A DNA stretch of 64,000 nt, taken from the NCBI GenBank assembly GCA_012840085.1, contig DUMB01000079.1, positions 43,140 to 107,139 of the forward strand, written 5' to 3'. Shown piece after piece: positions 17,653 through 26,591 of the stretch; the first letter of the stretch is position 1, and the number at the start of each line of letters is the position of its first letter. The notes under the pieces are model-generated. The model had not been told where the DNA came from. It made no database searches and saw nothing but the letters and a program-made list of their open reading frames with translations. A program made the translations under genes and the position numbers. Source of the DNA: Clostridiaceae bacterium (GTDB taxonomy: Bacteria > Bacillota > Clostridia > Acetivibrionales > DUMB01).

Positions 17653-18300
17653 CTAAAGTTTTACGAATTTCTCAACACCTTGACCGCATATTGGACATTT
17701 GAAATCCGGTGGCAATGTTTCTCCTTCATAAATATAGCCGCAAATCTGGCATACATATTTTGATTTTTCAGCCACCTGCTTTTTGTCTTCATCATTTCTA
17801 TCAGGCATATATGTCGGTGCATTTTTGGGGCTCTTTCCTTTTATTACTTTGTGATAATATGCATATGTCATAACTTGTCCTGATTCATTGAAAACATCCC
17901 CGTCAATAACTTCGCCAAGAAAAACCGTGTGTGTTTCTGTCTCCATTTTATCTATTACTTTACATATAATGTATCCACGCGAATCTTTGAGAACCGGAAG
18001 ATTCTCTTTCATCTCATACGCTACACCATCAAACTTGTTTGTATCCCTGCCTGATTTAAAACCAAAAGTTCCAATGACTGAAGGGTCTGTAGTCTCCAAA
18101 AGTATTGAAATTGCAAACTTATTTTCTTTCTTGATGCATTCATTGGTAAAATTATCATGACTTATACTTATAGCTATTGTTGCAGGTTCTGCCGTAACCT
18201 GCATTACACTGTTGGCAATGCATCCGGTAGGCCTGTCACCATCCATCGAAGATATAACATATACGCCATACGAAATGTTCCACAAGACATTCATATTCAT
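17653..18300 (-). CDS. Flavin reductase-like domain fused to a C-terminal rubredoxin
   Basis: The N-terminus is a flavin reductase-like FMN-binding fold (ISYGVYVISS..DRPTGCIANS). The C-terminus carries a rubredoxin CxxC...CPxC motif (YVCQICGYIYEGE...FKCPICGQ). Confidence 0.8.
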   Translation of the reverse strand: MNMNVLWNISYGVYVISSMDGDRPTGCIANSVMQVTAEPATIAISISHDNFTNECIKKENKFAISILLETTDPSVIGTFGFKSGRDTNKFDGVAYEMKENLPVLKDSRGYIICKVIDKMETETHTVFLGEVIDGDVFNESGQVMTYAYYHKVIKGKSPKNAPTYMPDRNDEDKKQVAEKSKYVCQICGYIYEGETLPPDFKCPICGQGVEKFVKL

Positions 18301-18399
18301 TTTATCATTCCCCTTCTTCCGTTCCAGACTTCAGGTAATATTTTTAACTTTTATTTTAATGGATTTTTATATTATCTTAATTTAAGTTCTTGCATCATA

Positions 18400-18912
18400 T
18401 TAAAGAACTAAAGAAGGAGGTGCATAAATCCGGGCTTTCATCTCGTTATCCAACATATACAAGCCTTTGGGATCGCCGGCAAATAAGTCATATTTCTTAA
18501 TATTGTCTTCGGCATTCTTTTCTTCCTCACCCTGTTCTTTTATAAACCAGTCAAGGAACTGCATGGTTCGAAAATCATTTATACTGAAAGCAACTTTATA
18601 TATATTATTAATAGATTCAGTTACAAATTGTTCATGTTCAAAAGCTTTTACCAGCGGTTCTCTGAAGTTATTATATTTCACCTCGGGAGCGGCAATTTCT
18701 TTTAAAACAACTGATTCACCGTTATTCAGTAAATACTGACGGAATAATAGCGCATGGTCCCGTTCCTCCTGCGTTTGCACGAAGAACCAATTCTCAAAAC
18801 CATTTAAATTTTGGTCTGCATAATAATTGGCAATATCCAAATATAAATATGCAGAATAAAGCTCTTTATTAAGCTGTTCGTTTAGCAGTTTTACGATTTC
18901 TTTATTAAGCAT
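18400..18912 (-). CDS. Ferritin (non-haem)
   Basis: 170 aa with a ferritin-like four-helix pattern (LNEQLNKELYSAYLYL, QTQEERDHALLF, EHEQFVT). Confidence 0.85.
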   Translation of the reverse strand: MLNKEIVKLLNEQLNKELYSAYLYLDIANYYADQNLNGFENWFFVQTQEERDHALLFRQYLLNNGESVVLKEIAAPEVKYNNFREPLVKAFEHEQFVTESINNIYKVAFSINDFRTMQFLDWFIKEQGEEEKNAEDNIKKYDLFAGDPKGLYMLDNEMKARIYAPPSLVL

Positions 18913-19123
18913 TTTATTCCACCCTTTCGTATATTAAAATTTTTTAGGTGCCTTTGTAATATGCTTCTTAATAGTTTTCCTTACTTATCTTAAAATAACC
19001 CGGCCTAGCCTTAAAACTCTCCGGCCAACCCTGAAAATCCCTGAGAACATCTACAATTAAATATGTTTTTAATAATTATATCATACAAAATTTGGTTCGA
19101 ACAGTATTTGGAAAAATACTTTC

Positions 19124-21022
19124 TTATTCCAACTCAAATGCACCGGTATAAAGTTGATAGTACTGTCCTTTTTTGGCCAACAGCTCCTCATGGTTGCCGC
19201 GTTCAATGATGCGCCCGTGATCCAATACGATGATAACATCTGAATTTTTAACCGTAGACAGCCGGTGAGCAATTACAAATACCGTTCTGTCTTCCATTAA
19301 AGCATCCATTCCACGCTGGACAATGGCTTCAGTTCTCGTATCAATTGAAGATGTTGCTTCGTCCAAAATCATAACCGGAGGATCTGCAACTGCTGCTCTG
19401 GCAATAGATATTAACTGACGTTGTCCTTGCGACAGGTTTGCACCGTTTTCAGTAATCATTGTATAATAACCGTCAGGCAACCGGCTGATAAAATCATCTG
19501 CACCTACAAGCTTTGCAGCTGCAATACATTCATCATCGGTGGCATCCAGTTTACCGTAACGGATATTATCCATAACAGTGCCCGTAAAGAGATTGGTATC
19601 CTGCAAAACCATACCAATAGCCCGACGAAGGTCTGCTTTTTTGATTTTGTTTATATTAATACCGTCGTAACGAATTTTGCCATCTGCAATATCGTAAAAT
19701 CTATTCAGCAAGTTTGTAATCGTTGTTTTTCCGGCACCTGTTGCACCGACAAAGGCCACCTTTTGTCCTGGTTTTGCGTACAGGCTCACATCATGTAAAA
19801 CGGTTTTACCCGGTTCATATTCAAAATCGACATTAAATAATCTCACATCACCTGCCAGTTTAGTGTATGTTACGGAGCCATCACTGCTGTGGGGATGTTT
19901 CCATGCCCAAATTCCCGTTCTCTCTTTGCATTCTATTAATTGACCATTTTCCTCACGTACGTTTACCAAGGTAACATATCCGTTATCCTGTTCCGGTTCC
20001 TCATCAATCAAATCATAGATTCGCTGCGCACCGGCAATTCCCATAACAACAGCATTTATCTGGTGGGACACCTGGTTAATGTTGCCTACAAACTGCTTGG
20101 TCATGTTCAGGAAGGGAACGACAATACTGATTCCCATAGCAAGTCCTGAAAGGCTAAAATTCGGTGCGTTGGTAATCAATAGAATACCGCCGGTAATTGC
20201 AACAAAGACATATAATACGTTGCCGATATTATTCAAAATAGGACCTAAAATATTGGCATACCGGTTTGCTTCCCTTGAATCGTTAAATAATGACTCGTTA
20301 ATTTTATCGAAATCCTTTTTACTTTCCTCTTCGTGACAGAAAACTTTTATTACTTTTTGGCCGTTCATCATCTCTTCTGCAAAGCCTTCCATATGACCAA
20401 GTGCTTTTTGCTGCCTGATAAAATATTTAGCAGAACCGCCACCAACCCTTTTTGTTACAAAAAGCATTGCTATTACACCGAGAATTACAACAAGAGTAAG
20501 CCATATACAAAAGTAAATCATAATTCCAAAAACAGTAATTACTACAACACTTGATACCAGAAGTTGCGGAAAACTCTGAGAAATCATTTGCCGCAGTGTA
20601 TCAATGTCATTGGTGTAATAACTCATTATATCGCCATGATTATTGGTATCTACATATTTGATTGGTAGTGTTTGCATGTTGTTAAACATTTTTACACGGA
20701 ATTTTTTCAAAGTCCCCTGGGTAATAAACGCCATCATCTGGTTATATATAATACCACTCACAAGGGATAGTATATAAAATATTCCCAATATGAAAACCAA
20801 ATACAATATGTTTTCTTTAACTGCATTCCAGTCACCGGACTGCCAGCTCTTCTCCACAATAGCAATAATATTCTGCATAAATACGGCAGGAATTGAGCTT
20901 ATAACCGCATTGAATAATATACATACTATGACAACCGGTAACATCACCGGGTAAAACTCAAGTATGTCCTTAAACAATCGGAGTATAATCCCTTTTTTAT
21001 TTTTAACCTGATTAGTTTTCAC
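19124..21022 (-). CDS. ABC exporter, fused permease/ATPase (second half of a heterodimer)
   Basis: Six-TM domain followed by an NBD: Walker A GATGAGKTT, signature LSQGQRQ, Walker B ILDEATS. The start is set at GTG 21022, with AGGTGA 5 nt upstream, overlapping the upstream stop. The track start at 21103 lies deep inside the upstream gene. Confidence 0.85.
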   Translation of the reverse strand: MKTNQVKNKKGIILRLFKDILEFYPVMLPVVIVCILFNAVISSIPAVFMQNIIAIVEKSWQSGDWNAVKENILYLVFILGIFYILSLVSGIIYNQMMAFITQGTLKKFRVKMFNNMQTLPIKYVDTNNHGDIMSYYTNDIDTLRQMISQSFPQLLVSSVVVITVFGIMIYFCIWLTLVVILGVIAMLFVTKRVGGGSAKYFIRQQKALGHMEGFAEEMMNGQKVIKVFCHEEESKKDFDKINESLFNDSREANRYANILGPILNNIGNVLYVFVAITGGILLITNAPNFSLSGLAMGISIVVPFLNMTKQFVGNINQVSHQINAVVMGIAGAQRIYDLIDEEPEQDNGYVTLVNVREENGQLIECKERTGIWAWKHPHSSDGSVTYTKLAGDVRLFNVDFEYEPGKTVLHDVSLYAKPGQKVAFVGATGAGKTTITNLLNRFYDIADGKIRYDGININKIKKADLRRAIGMVLQDTNLFTGTVMDNIRYGKLDATDDECIAAAKLVGADDFISRLPDGYYTMITENGANLSQGQRQLISIARAAVADPPVMILDEATSSIDTRTEAIVQRGMDALMEDRTVFVIAHRLSTVKNSDVIIVLDHGRIIERGNHEELLAKKGQYYQLYTGAFELE

Positions 21023-22640
21023 TTTGATCACCTGCCTTGTTCTGAGAATAGTATATTTCCCGATAGATGGCATTTTCAGCCAATAATTGCTTATGAATTC
21101 CAATACCGTTAATGGAACCGCGGTCCATTACTATTATTCTGTCCGCATCCTCAACAGAAGCTGTTCTCTGGGCTATAATTATCTTGGTTGTTTCCGGCAT
21201 GTATTCCCTCAATGCTTTGCGAATTTTGGCATCTGTCCTGGTGTCCACTGCACTGGTAGAATCATCAAGAATCAATATTTTAGGTTTTTTGAGCAATGCT
21301 CTTGCAATGCAAAGCCTTTGCTTCTGACCACCGGATAAATTGGCTCCGCCCTGCTCCACATAGGTGTCATAGCCATTGGGAAACTGATTGATAAATTCAT
21401 CGGCACAAGCAAGTCTGCAAGCCTCAACCAACTCTTCGTCGCTTGCATCTTTATTTCCCCAACGGAGATTCTCCTTAATTGTTCCTGAAAACAAAACATT
21501 CTTCTGTAATACAACAGCAACCTGATTGCGCAAAGCTTCCAGATCATAGTTTCTGACATCCACACCGCCAACTTTTACAGTTCCTTCAGTCGCATCATAC
21601 AGCCGTGGAATCAGCTGAATAAGGGATGATTTCGAAGATCCTGTACCTCCAATAATTCCAATAGTTTCGCCGGATCTGATTTGCAGGTTTATATTTGCCA
21701 AGACCATTCTCTCTGCTTTTTTGGAATATTTGAAGCTGACATTCTCAAAGGAAATTGAACCATCCTTAACTGTATAAACGGGATTTTCAGGATTTGTTAA
21801 TGTACTTTTCTCATTGATTACTTCAACTATACGCTTGGCAGATTCAGCGGCCAAAGTAATCATTACAAATACCATTGAAAGCATCATCAGACTGACAAGA
21901 ATCATAAAATTATATGTCAATATGGCGGAAAACTGCCCGATATCAAAATCCAATCCCCTGCTGGTAATAATGGTATAGGAGCCAAAGGACAAAACGAAAA
22001 TCATTACTACATACATGCAAAACTGCATTAATGGTCCAGTAAGAGCTAATATGCGCTCTGCCCTTGTAAAGTCCGCATATACATCCTGTGCCGCAGCCTC
22101 GAATTTTTTCTTCTCATAATCTTCACGAACAAAAGACTTTACCACACGCATTCCTTTAATATTCTCTTGAATTGATTTATTCAGAGCATCGTATTTGGTA
22201 AAAACCTTCTTAAACAATGGAAAAGTTTTATATATTATAATACCCAAACCAATTGCAAGAATTGGAACAACTACGAGGAAAATCCATGCCATGCGTCCAC
22301 CCATAACAAATGCCATCACAAATGCAAAGACCAGCATCAAAGGAGCACGTACCGCCACTCTGATCAGCATCATATATGCGTTCTGGACATTGGTAACATC
22401 GGTTGTCATTCGGGTAATCAGCGATGATGTCAGAAACTTGTCGATATTCTCAAAGGAATAATTCTGTATGCTATAGAACATATCCTTCCGCAGATTTTTT
22501 GCAAATCCGCAAGCCGCAGTAGCACTGGTACTCCCGGCAACACCACCAAATGTCAGTGACAAAAATGCCAGGATAATCAGAATAATTCCATACTTAATGA
22601 TTGTGTTTAAATCGCATCCTCCTTTAATTTCGTTGACCAT
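21012..22640 (-). CDS. ABC exporter, fused permease/ATPase (first half of a heterodimer); the true start is probably upstream of the first ATG
   Basis: Walker A GGTGSSKSS, signature LSGGQKQ, Walker B ILDDSTS. The frame stays open with ABC-like N-terminal sequence (IIKELARSVREYKKLSIITPVLISLEVIIECIIPFITAN) up to nt 22757, and no ATG, GTG or TTG occurs in that stretch. Confidence 0.8.
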   Translation of the reverse strand: MVNEIKGGCDLNTIIKYGIILIILAFLSLTFGGVAGSTSATAACGFAKNLRKDMFYSIQNYSFENIDKFLTSSLITRMTTDVTNVQNAYMMLIRVAVRAPLMLVFAFVMAFVMGGRMAWIFLVVVPILAIGLGIIIYKTFPLFKKVFTKYDALNKSIQENIKGMRVVKSFVREDYEKKKFEAAAQDVYADFTRAERILALTGPLMQFCMYVVMIFVLSFGSYTIITSRGLDFDIGQFSAILTYNFMILVSLMMLSMVFVMITLAAESAKRIVEVINEKSTLTNPENPVYTVKDGSISFENVSFKYSKKAERMVLANINLQIRSGETIGIIGGTGSSKSSLIQLIPRLYDATEGTVKVGGVDVRNYDLEALRNQVAVVLQKNVLFSGTIKENLRWGNKDASDEELVEACRLACADEFINQFPNGYDTYVEQGGANLSGGQKQRLCIARALLKKPKILILDDSTSAVDTRTDAKIRKALREYMPETTKIIIAQRTASVEDADRIIVMDRGSINGIGIHKQLLAENAIYREIYYSQNKAGDQSEN

Positions 22641-22817
22641 ATTGGCGGTTATGAATGGAATAATACATTCAATAATTACCTCCAGGCTAATGAGTACCGG
22701 AGTAATAATTGACAGTTTTTTGTACTCACGAACGCTTCGAGCTAATTCTTTAATTATAGTGTATCAGTCCTTTCCATAAAAAAAGTGTTTATTTATCCAG
22801 TGTATTGTTTATCTGCT

Positions 22818-22870
22818 CTGAAAAAAACGAGTATTGTTTATCTACTGAATTTACATGATAAACACTACTC
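22818..22870 (-). terminator. Rho-independent terminator or attenuator upstream of the ABC exporter operon
   Basis: On the minus strand CGAGTAGTGTTTATC ... GATAAACAATACTCG (15-nt arms with 1 mismatch) is followed by TTTTTTT (22826-22820). Confidence 0.6.
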
Positions 22871-23204
22871 GTTATATGCATTATAGGTCTTTTATCAAAT
22901 AATTTTTAAAATTATTATTTCATACCAATGTACCTGTCATGTAATATCATTCGCATTCAGCAATGCCTATATCCTTTTTATCTCTTATTTATCTCTTTGG
23001 TTTTCTGTATCTACTTTATATACAGATTGTAATATACAAAAATATACAAATGTAATAACAAGCGTATAAATACATAGCTGCCACTATAAATACATAGTGG
23101 CACACTGGTATTATCAAAAAATAGTATCAAAATTCACTTATATTGTCAATATAGCAATTTATTCGAACTTTTGCTGATAGTTTAAAAAGCTGTCCAGAGA
23201 TGAA

Positions 23205-23474
23205 CAAATTCACGTTCTTTCTTGCATTTTTTCTGTTCCTTATTTTTCGCTTATTTTTCTTCAACTTCTTTTCTTTAAGCTTCTTTGTTGCATCTTCTTT
23301 TTTCGCTTGTTTGTTTCACTTCTTTTTTCACTTTTTTTCACTTCTTTTTTCGCTTCTTTTTTCAGTTTCCTGTTTTTTAGCTTCTCTTTTTACAAGTTCC
23401 ATTTTTTGGCTCCTATTATCCAGCTTCCTATTATCCAGCTTCCTATCATCCAGCTTCCCCAAGTAAATCCGCAA
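23205..23474. repeat. ~270-bp polypyrimidine (plus strand) low-complexity tract containing a 3 x 15-bp tandem repeat
   Basis: The plus strand is almost all T/C. TAT(T/C)ATCCAGCTTCC occurs three times at 23414-23458. The minus strand reads as K/E-rich text broken by stops at A-runs. Confidence 0.8.
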
Positions 23475-24284
23475 TTACCTTTCAGTGAAGTTCATCAATA
23501 GAACATTAAATTCGTCTTTTTGATCATAAAAAGTTGCGTGTCCGGAAAATTTAAACGGTACTAATGTAGAATTTCGAATCATGCTACGTTGTATCTCTGC
23601 AAGCTGAAAAGGAACCACTTTATCATGTATGCCGTGAATAATTAATGTAGGTACTTGAATAGCTTGCAAGTCTGCGAAAAGCACTTCGTTAATCCAAGTC
23701 TTTGCAACAGCTGCAGTTGCCCATCCTGCTGCCTGCAACCCCAACTGGAAGAACCAGTCTGAGAATGCTTGAGACGTATGTTGGAAGAAAAACCTGTCGC
23801 CAAAATTTCGAAGCATTTGTGGACGGTCATTATATGTACCCTCTATTATATCTAAAACCACCTTTTCATCAACACCATAGGGAAAATTAGGACGTTTGAC
23901 TAAACTTGGTGCGGCGGCTGCAATAAGAACAAGCTTATTTACCCCATACCCTTTATGGCGTCCCATGTATCTTACTGCTATTGCACCACCGGTAGAATGT
24001 CCGGCTAAAGTAAAGTCACGCAGACCTAATGTTTCAACCACCGCTCTCACATCGTCTGACAAGGTATTATAATCATACCCGTAAAATGGTTTATCCGACT
24101 TGCCAAAACCTCTCGTATCGATTCCTACACACCGGTAACCAAATTGCGGCAGCTTATCAAACTGGTATTCAAACAAATTATGATTGCCTGGCCAACCGTG
24201 CAAAAACACAATCGTCTTTTTACCTTCCGGATTTAAATCCTCAACATATATATTTACATTGTTTACGTTGACATAGCAACCCAT
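23475..24284 (-). CDS. Alpha/beta hydrolase (non-haem haloperoxidase/esterase-like)
   Basis: HGWPG oxyanion motif, nucleophile elbow GHSTGG, and late IHGIHD/SGH motifs. The start is set at ATG 24284, with the SD AAGGAGGGAG upstream. Confidence 0.8.
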   Translation of the reverse strand: MGCYVNVNNVNIYVEDLNPEGKKTIVFLHGWPGNHNLFEYQFDKLPQFGYRCVGIDTRGFGKSDKPFYGYDYNTLSDDVRAVVETLGLRDFTLAGHSTGGAIAVRYMGRHKGYGVNKLVLIAAAAPSLVKRPNFPYGVDEKVVLDIIEGTYNDRPQMLRNFGDRFFFQHTSQAFSDWFFQLGLQAAGWATAAVAKTWINEVLFADLQAIQVPTLIIHGIHDKVVPFQLAEIQRSMIRNSTLVPFKFSGHATFYDQKDEFNVLLMNFTER

Positions 24285-24563
24285 ATTCTCCCTCCTTAAT
24301 GAATAATTACAGATTATAATATTCATAAGGATAGTTTAATGTGATGTTGTACCTTATCCAGAATTGGCTTGTCGTGCTGGCACAACAGGTAAAACTAATT
24401 CTTTATTGCCGGGGAAAAGCAAAACACCGATAGCACAAGCCAAAAAGTGTTACCCTTTAGTACATATGGTGCAATTGAGAAATGCTAAGACTGGTGCTAA
24501 AATATATTTTTACAAGAAGTGAAATCCATAATAAAGTATGAAGCAAACAGGAGGTCTGTCTTT

Positions 24564-25226
24564 ATGGAGAAAATCTATCCTGCGCCCTGGACCCTGTCCG
24601 GAAAAGGTTACATATTGCTCTACAGATTCCCCGGAAACTTCGTGGAAGAAAAGGCCAATTTGCCGGAGTTCCTGAAAGGTAATTTTGCCGGCGGCTTTGG
24701 AGCCCTTATGCTGGTTGACTACAGCAATTCTGATGCCGGTCCCTATGGTGAATTGCTTTTAATTCCAGGCAAATTTAAGCATCAAGGCAAAAAACTCAAT
24801 ACCATCAGCAAAATATATGTTTCCACCATGGCAAGTGTGGAAAACGGAAAAAGAAACTGGGGAATTCCTAAAGAGCTCGCTGAATTCTCCTTCCAAAGCA
24901 TGGGGCCTCGTACAGAGAAAGCGTGCGTTTTCTCACAAGAAGGTACAATTGCCGAATTCACACTGGAATCAGGCAAATTGTCCTTTCCGGTAAACACCAA
25001 ACTTTTCCCCTTCCCCCTGGTTCAGCAACATGAAGGAAAATATTATTATACCACCTTTCATGGAAGCGGAACCGGCAAGCTTGCCAAATTAAAGGACATC
25101 CGTATTAATTCCCGACTCTTCCCTGATATAAGCGGGTTTAAACCCATTGTTGCAATTAAGGTGGAACCCTTTAAAATTACATTCCCTGCAGCAACCATTG
25201 AATCGCAGGCAGATAATTTAAGATAA
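24564..25226 (+). CDS. Acetoacetate decarboxylase-like (ADC family) protein
   Basis: The N-terminus PAPWTLSGKGYILLY and the GPYGELLLIP segment resemble the ADC-like beta-cone family. The start is set at ATG 24564, with GGAGG 9 nt upstream. Confidence 0.55.
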   Translation: MEKIYPAPWTLSGKGYILLYRFPGNFVEEKANLPEFLKGNFAGGFGALMLVDYSNSDAGPYGELLLIPGKFKHQGKKLNTISKIYVSTMASVENGKRNWGIPKELAEFSFQSMGPRTEKACVFSQEGTIAEFTLESGKLSFPVNTKLFPFPLVQQHEGKYYYTTFHGSGTGKLAKLKDIRINSRLFPDISGFKPIVAIKVEPFKITFPAATIESQADNLR

Positions 25227-25258
25227 CCAAACTCAGCAGTCACTGTTTTAAAATCTTC

Positions 25259-26590
25259 TTATTTTAAAACCTTCTTATATGGCGCAATCATACCTTCATT
25301 CATTTTGTTTCCTATTTTTGCCTTCAACTTTGGAGAAGATATGAGGGCGCCAACAAGATACATTTTTAATGCTGTAGCCCTTTTCTTCTGAGGGAAGTCG
25401 TACAATCCATGTTCTTTGTAGAAACGGTGGTCAGCTTTCATCAGACCGCGCATGAGCCAGATAAGATCCCTGAAAATTTTCATTCCTCCGACACCATAGA
25501 AATTTCTGGGCTGAATATACTTATGACTAATAGCATAATCAAGTCTTGCGGCAAGTCTGTCTATTTCTGTATCAGGATCTATTTCGTCACAGGCAACTCC
25601 TGCAAGAAAATTTCCTCCAACCTCGCTTCGGCCTTCAATAATCATCTGCAGATTAGACTCAGAAGGGTAATTTCCACTGATCAGGTATCCGGTCGGCTTT
25701 CCCATAGTCACTGTCCTATGTCCGTTGCAGAACTGCCTGTCATCATACATTTTAAAAAGAGAGCCCATGGAATGATCCTTAATGGTAAATGCATATATTA
25801 TGGCATCTGCAGTCTGAATGTTGTTGCGCAGGAAATCATCAAATCCATCCTTATAAATGCATTTTCCTGTAGCTGCGCAGTTAAAGCAGCCTAAACATCC
25901 TCCGCGTAAAGGATACTCGGAAATATTGACAATGCGGCTCTTATACTTAAGAACTGCTCTAAACCTTTCTATCATATCATTAAGCTGCTTATCATCTTTA
26001 GCACAGTCTGTAACTATAACTACATCCCCGCTCTTTTTATCCTGACCTGCAGCAACAGTGCTAACCGGTAGATGCTTAGGAGCCGCAGCATGCTTTGGAA
26101 TGGTCTCATATACATCGTGCTCCATACTCCAGCATACATACTCAAAAAATTCTTTCGCAGTTTTTTGTCCATTTTCAGTCAGAAGGTCATCCATATCTGC
26201 TGACAAGCCCTTAATGTATTTCATGCCAAGATCCTGACAGTTCTCCTGAATGTACTTATGTGCAGTCACATCATAAAAGTGCTTGGAAGTAGTAATCTGA
26301 GTAACATATTTACCTGATACATTAAGACCGGATGCTTTTAGAAGTTCTATGAACCGGTGCAACTGGCTTGGCGCAATAAAGGTATAAACTGGATAAGAAA
26401 AAATAATCAGATCTGCCTCTGTTATTGCGTCAACAGCGGCTGTAAAATTTTTTTCAAATGATCTTATGTATTGACCAACATGAAGAAACTGAAATTTATG
26501 CTCAGGAAATCTTTTTTCCAGATACAATGATGTCTGTAATGTAATACTGTATTCGCCTTTAGGACTTCCATTCAAAACAAGAACCTTCAT
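25259..26590 (-). CDS. Flavodoxin-like fold NAD(P)H-dependent oxidoreductase (tandem-domain, Cys-rich)
   Basis: MKVLVLNGSPKG opens the protein and a second flavodoxin-like half (VVIVTDCAKDD) follows. A Cys cluster GGCLGCFNCAATGKC is present. The gene is translationally coupled to the upstream MFS gene. Confidence 0.6.
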   Translation of the reverse strand: MKVLVLNGSPKGEYSITLQTSLYLEKRFPEHKFQFLHVGQYIRSFEKNFTAAVDAITEADLIIFSYPVYTFIAPSQLHRFIELLKASGLNVSGKYVTQITTSKHFYDVTAHKYIQENCQDLGMKYIKGLSADMDDLLTENGQKTAKEFFEYVCWSMEHDVYETIPKHAAAPKHLPVSTVAAGQDKKSGDVVIVTDCAKDDKQLNDMIERFRAVLKYKSRIVNISEYPLRGGCLGCFNCAATGKCIYKDGFDDFLRNNIQTADAIIYAFTIKDHSMGSLFKMYDDRQFCNGHRTVTMGKPTGYLISGNYPSESNLQMIIEGRSEVGGNFLAGVACDEIDPDTEIDRLAARLDYAISHKYIQPRNFYGVGGMKIFRDLIWLMRGLMKADHRFYKEHGLYDFPQKKRATALKMYLVGALISSPKLKAKIGNKMNEGMIAPYKKVLK

Positions 26591-26591
26591 A

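Noticed and set aside
23200-23501. Two plus-strand ORFs (88 and 64 aa) rich in Phe, Leu and Ser
   Set aside because: They are a translation artefact of the polypyrimidine tract. No SD is present and the composition is implausible for a protein.
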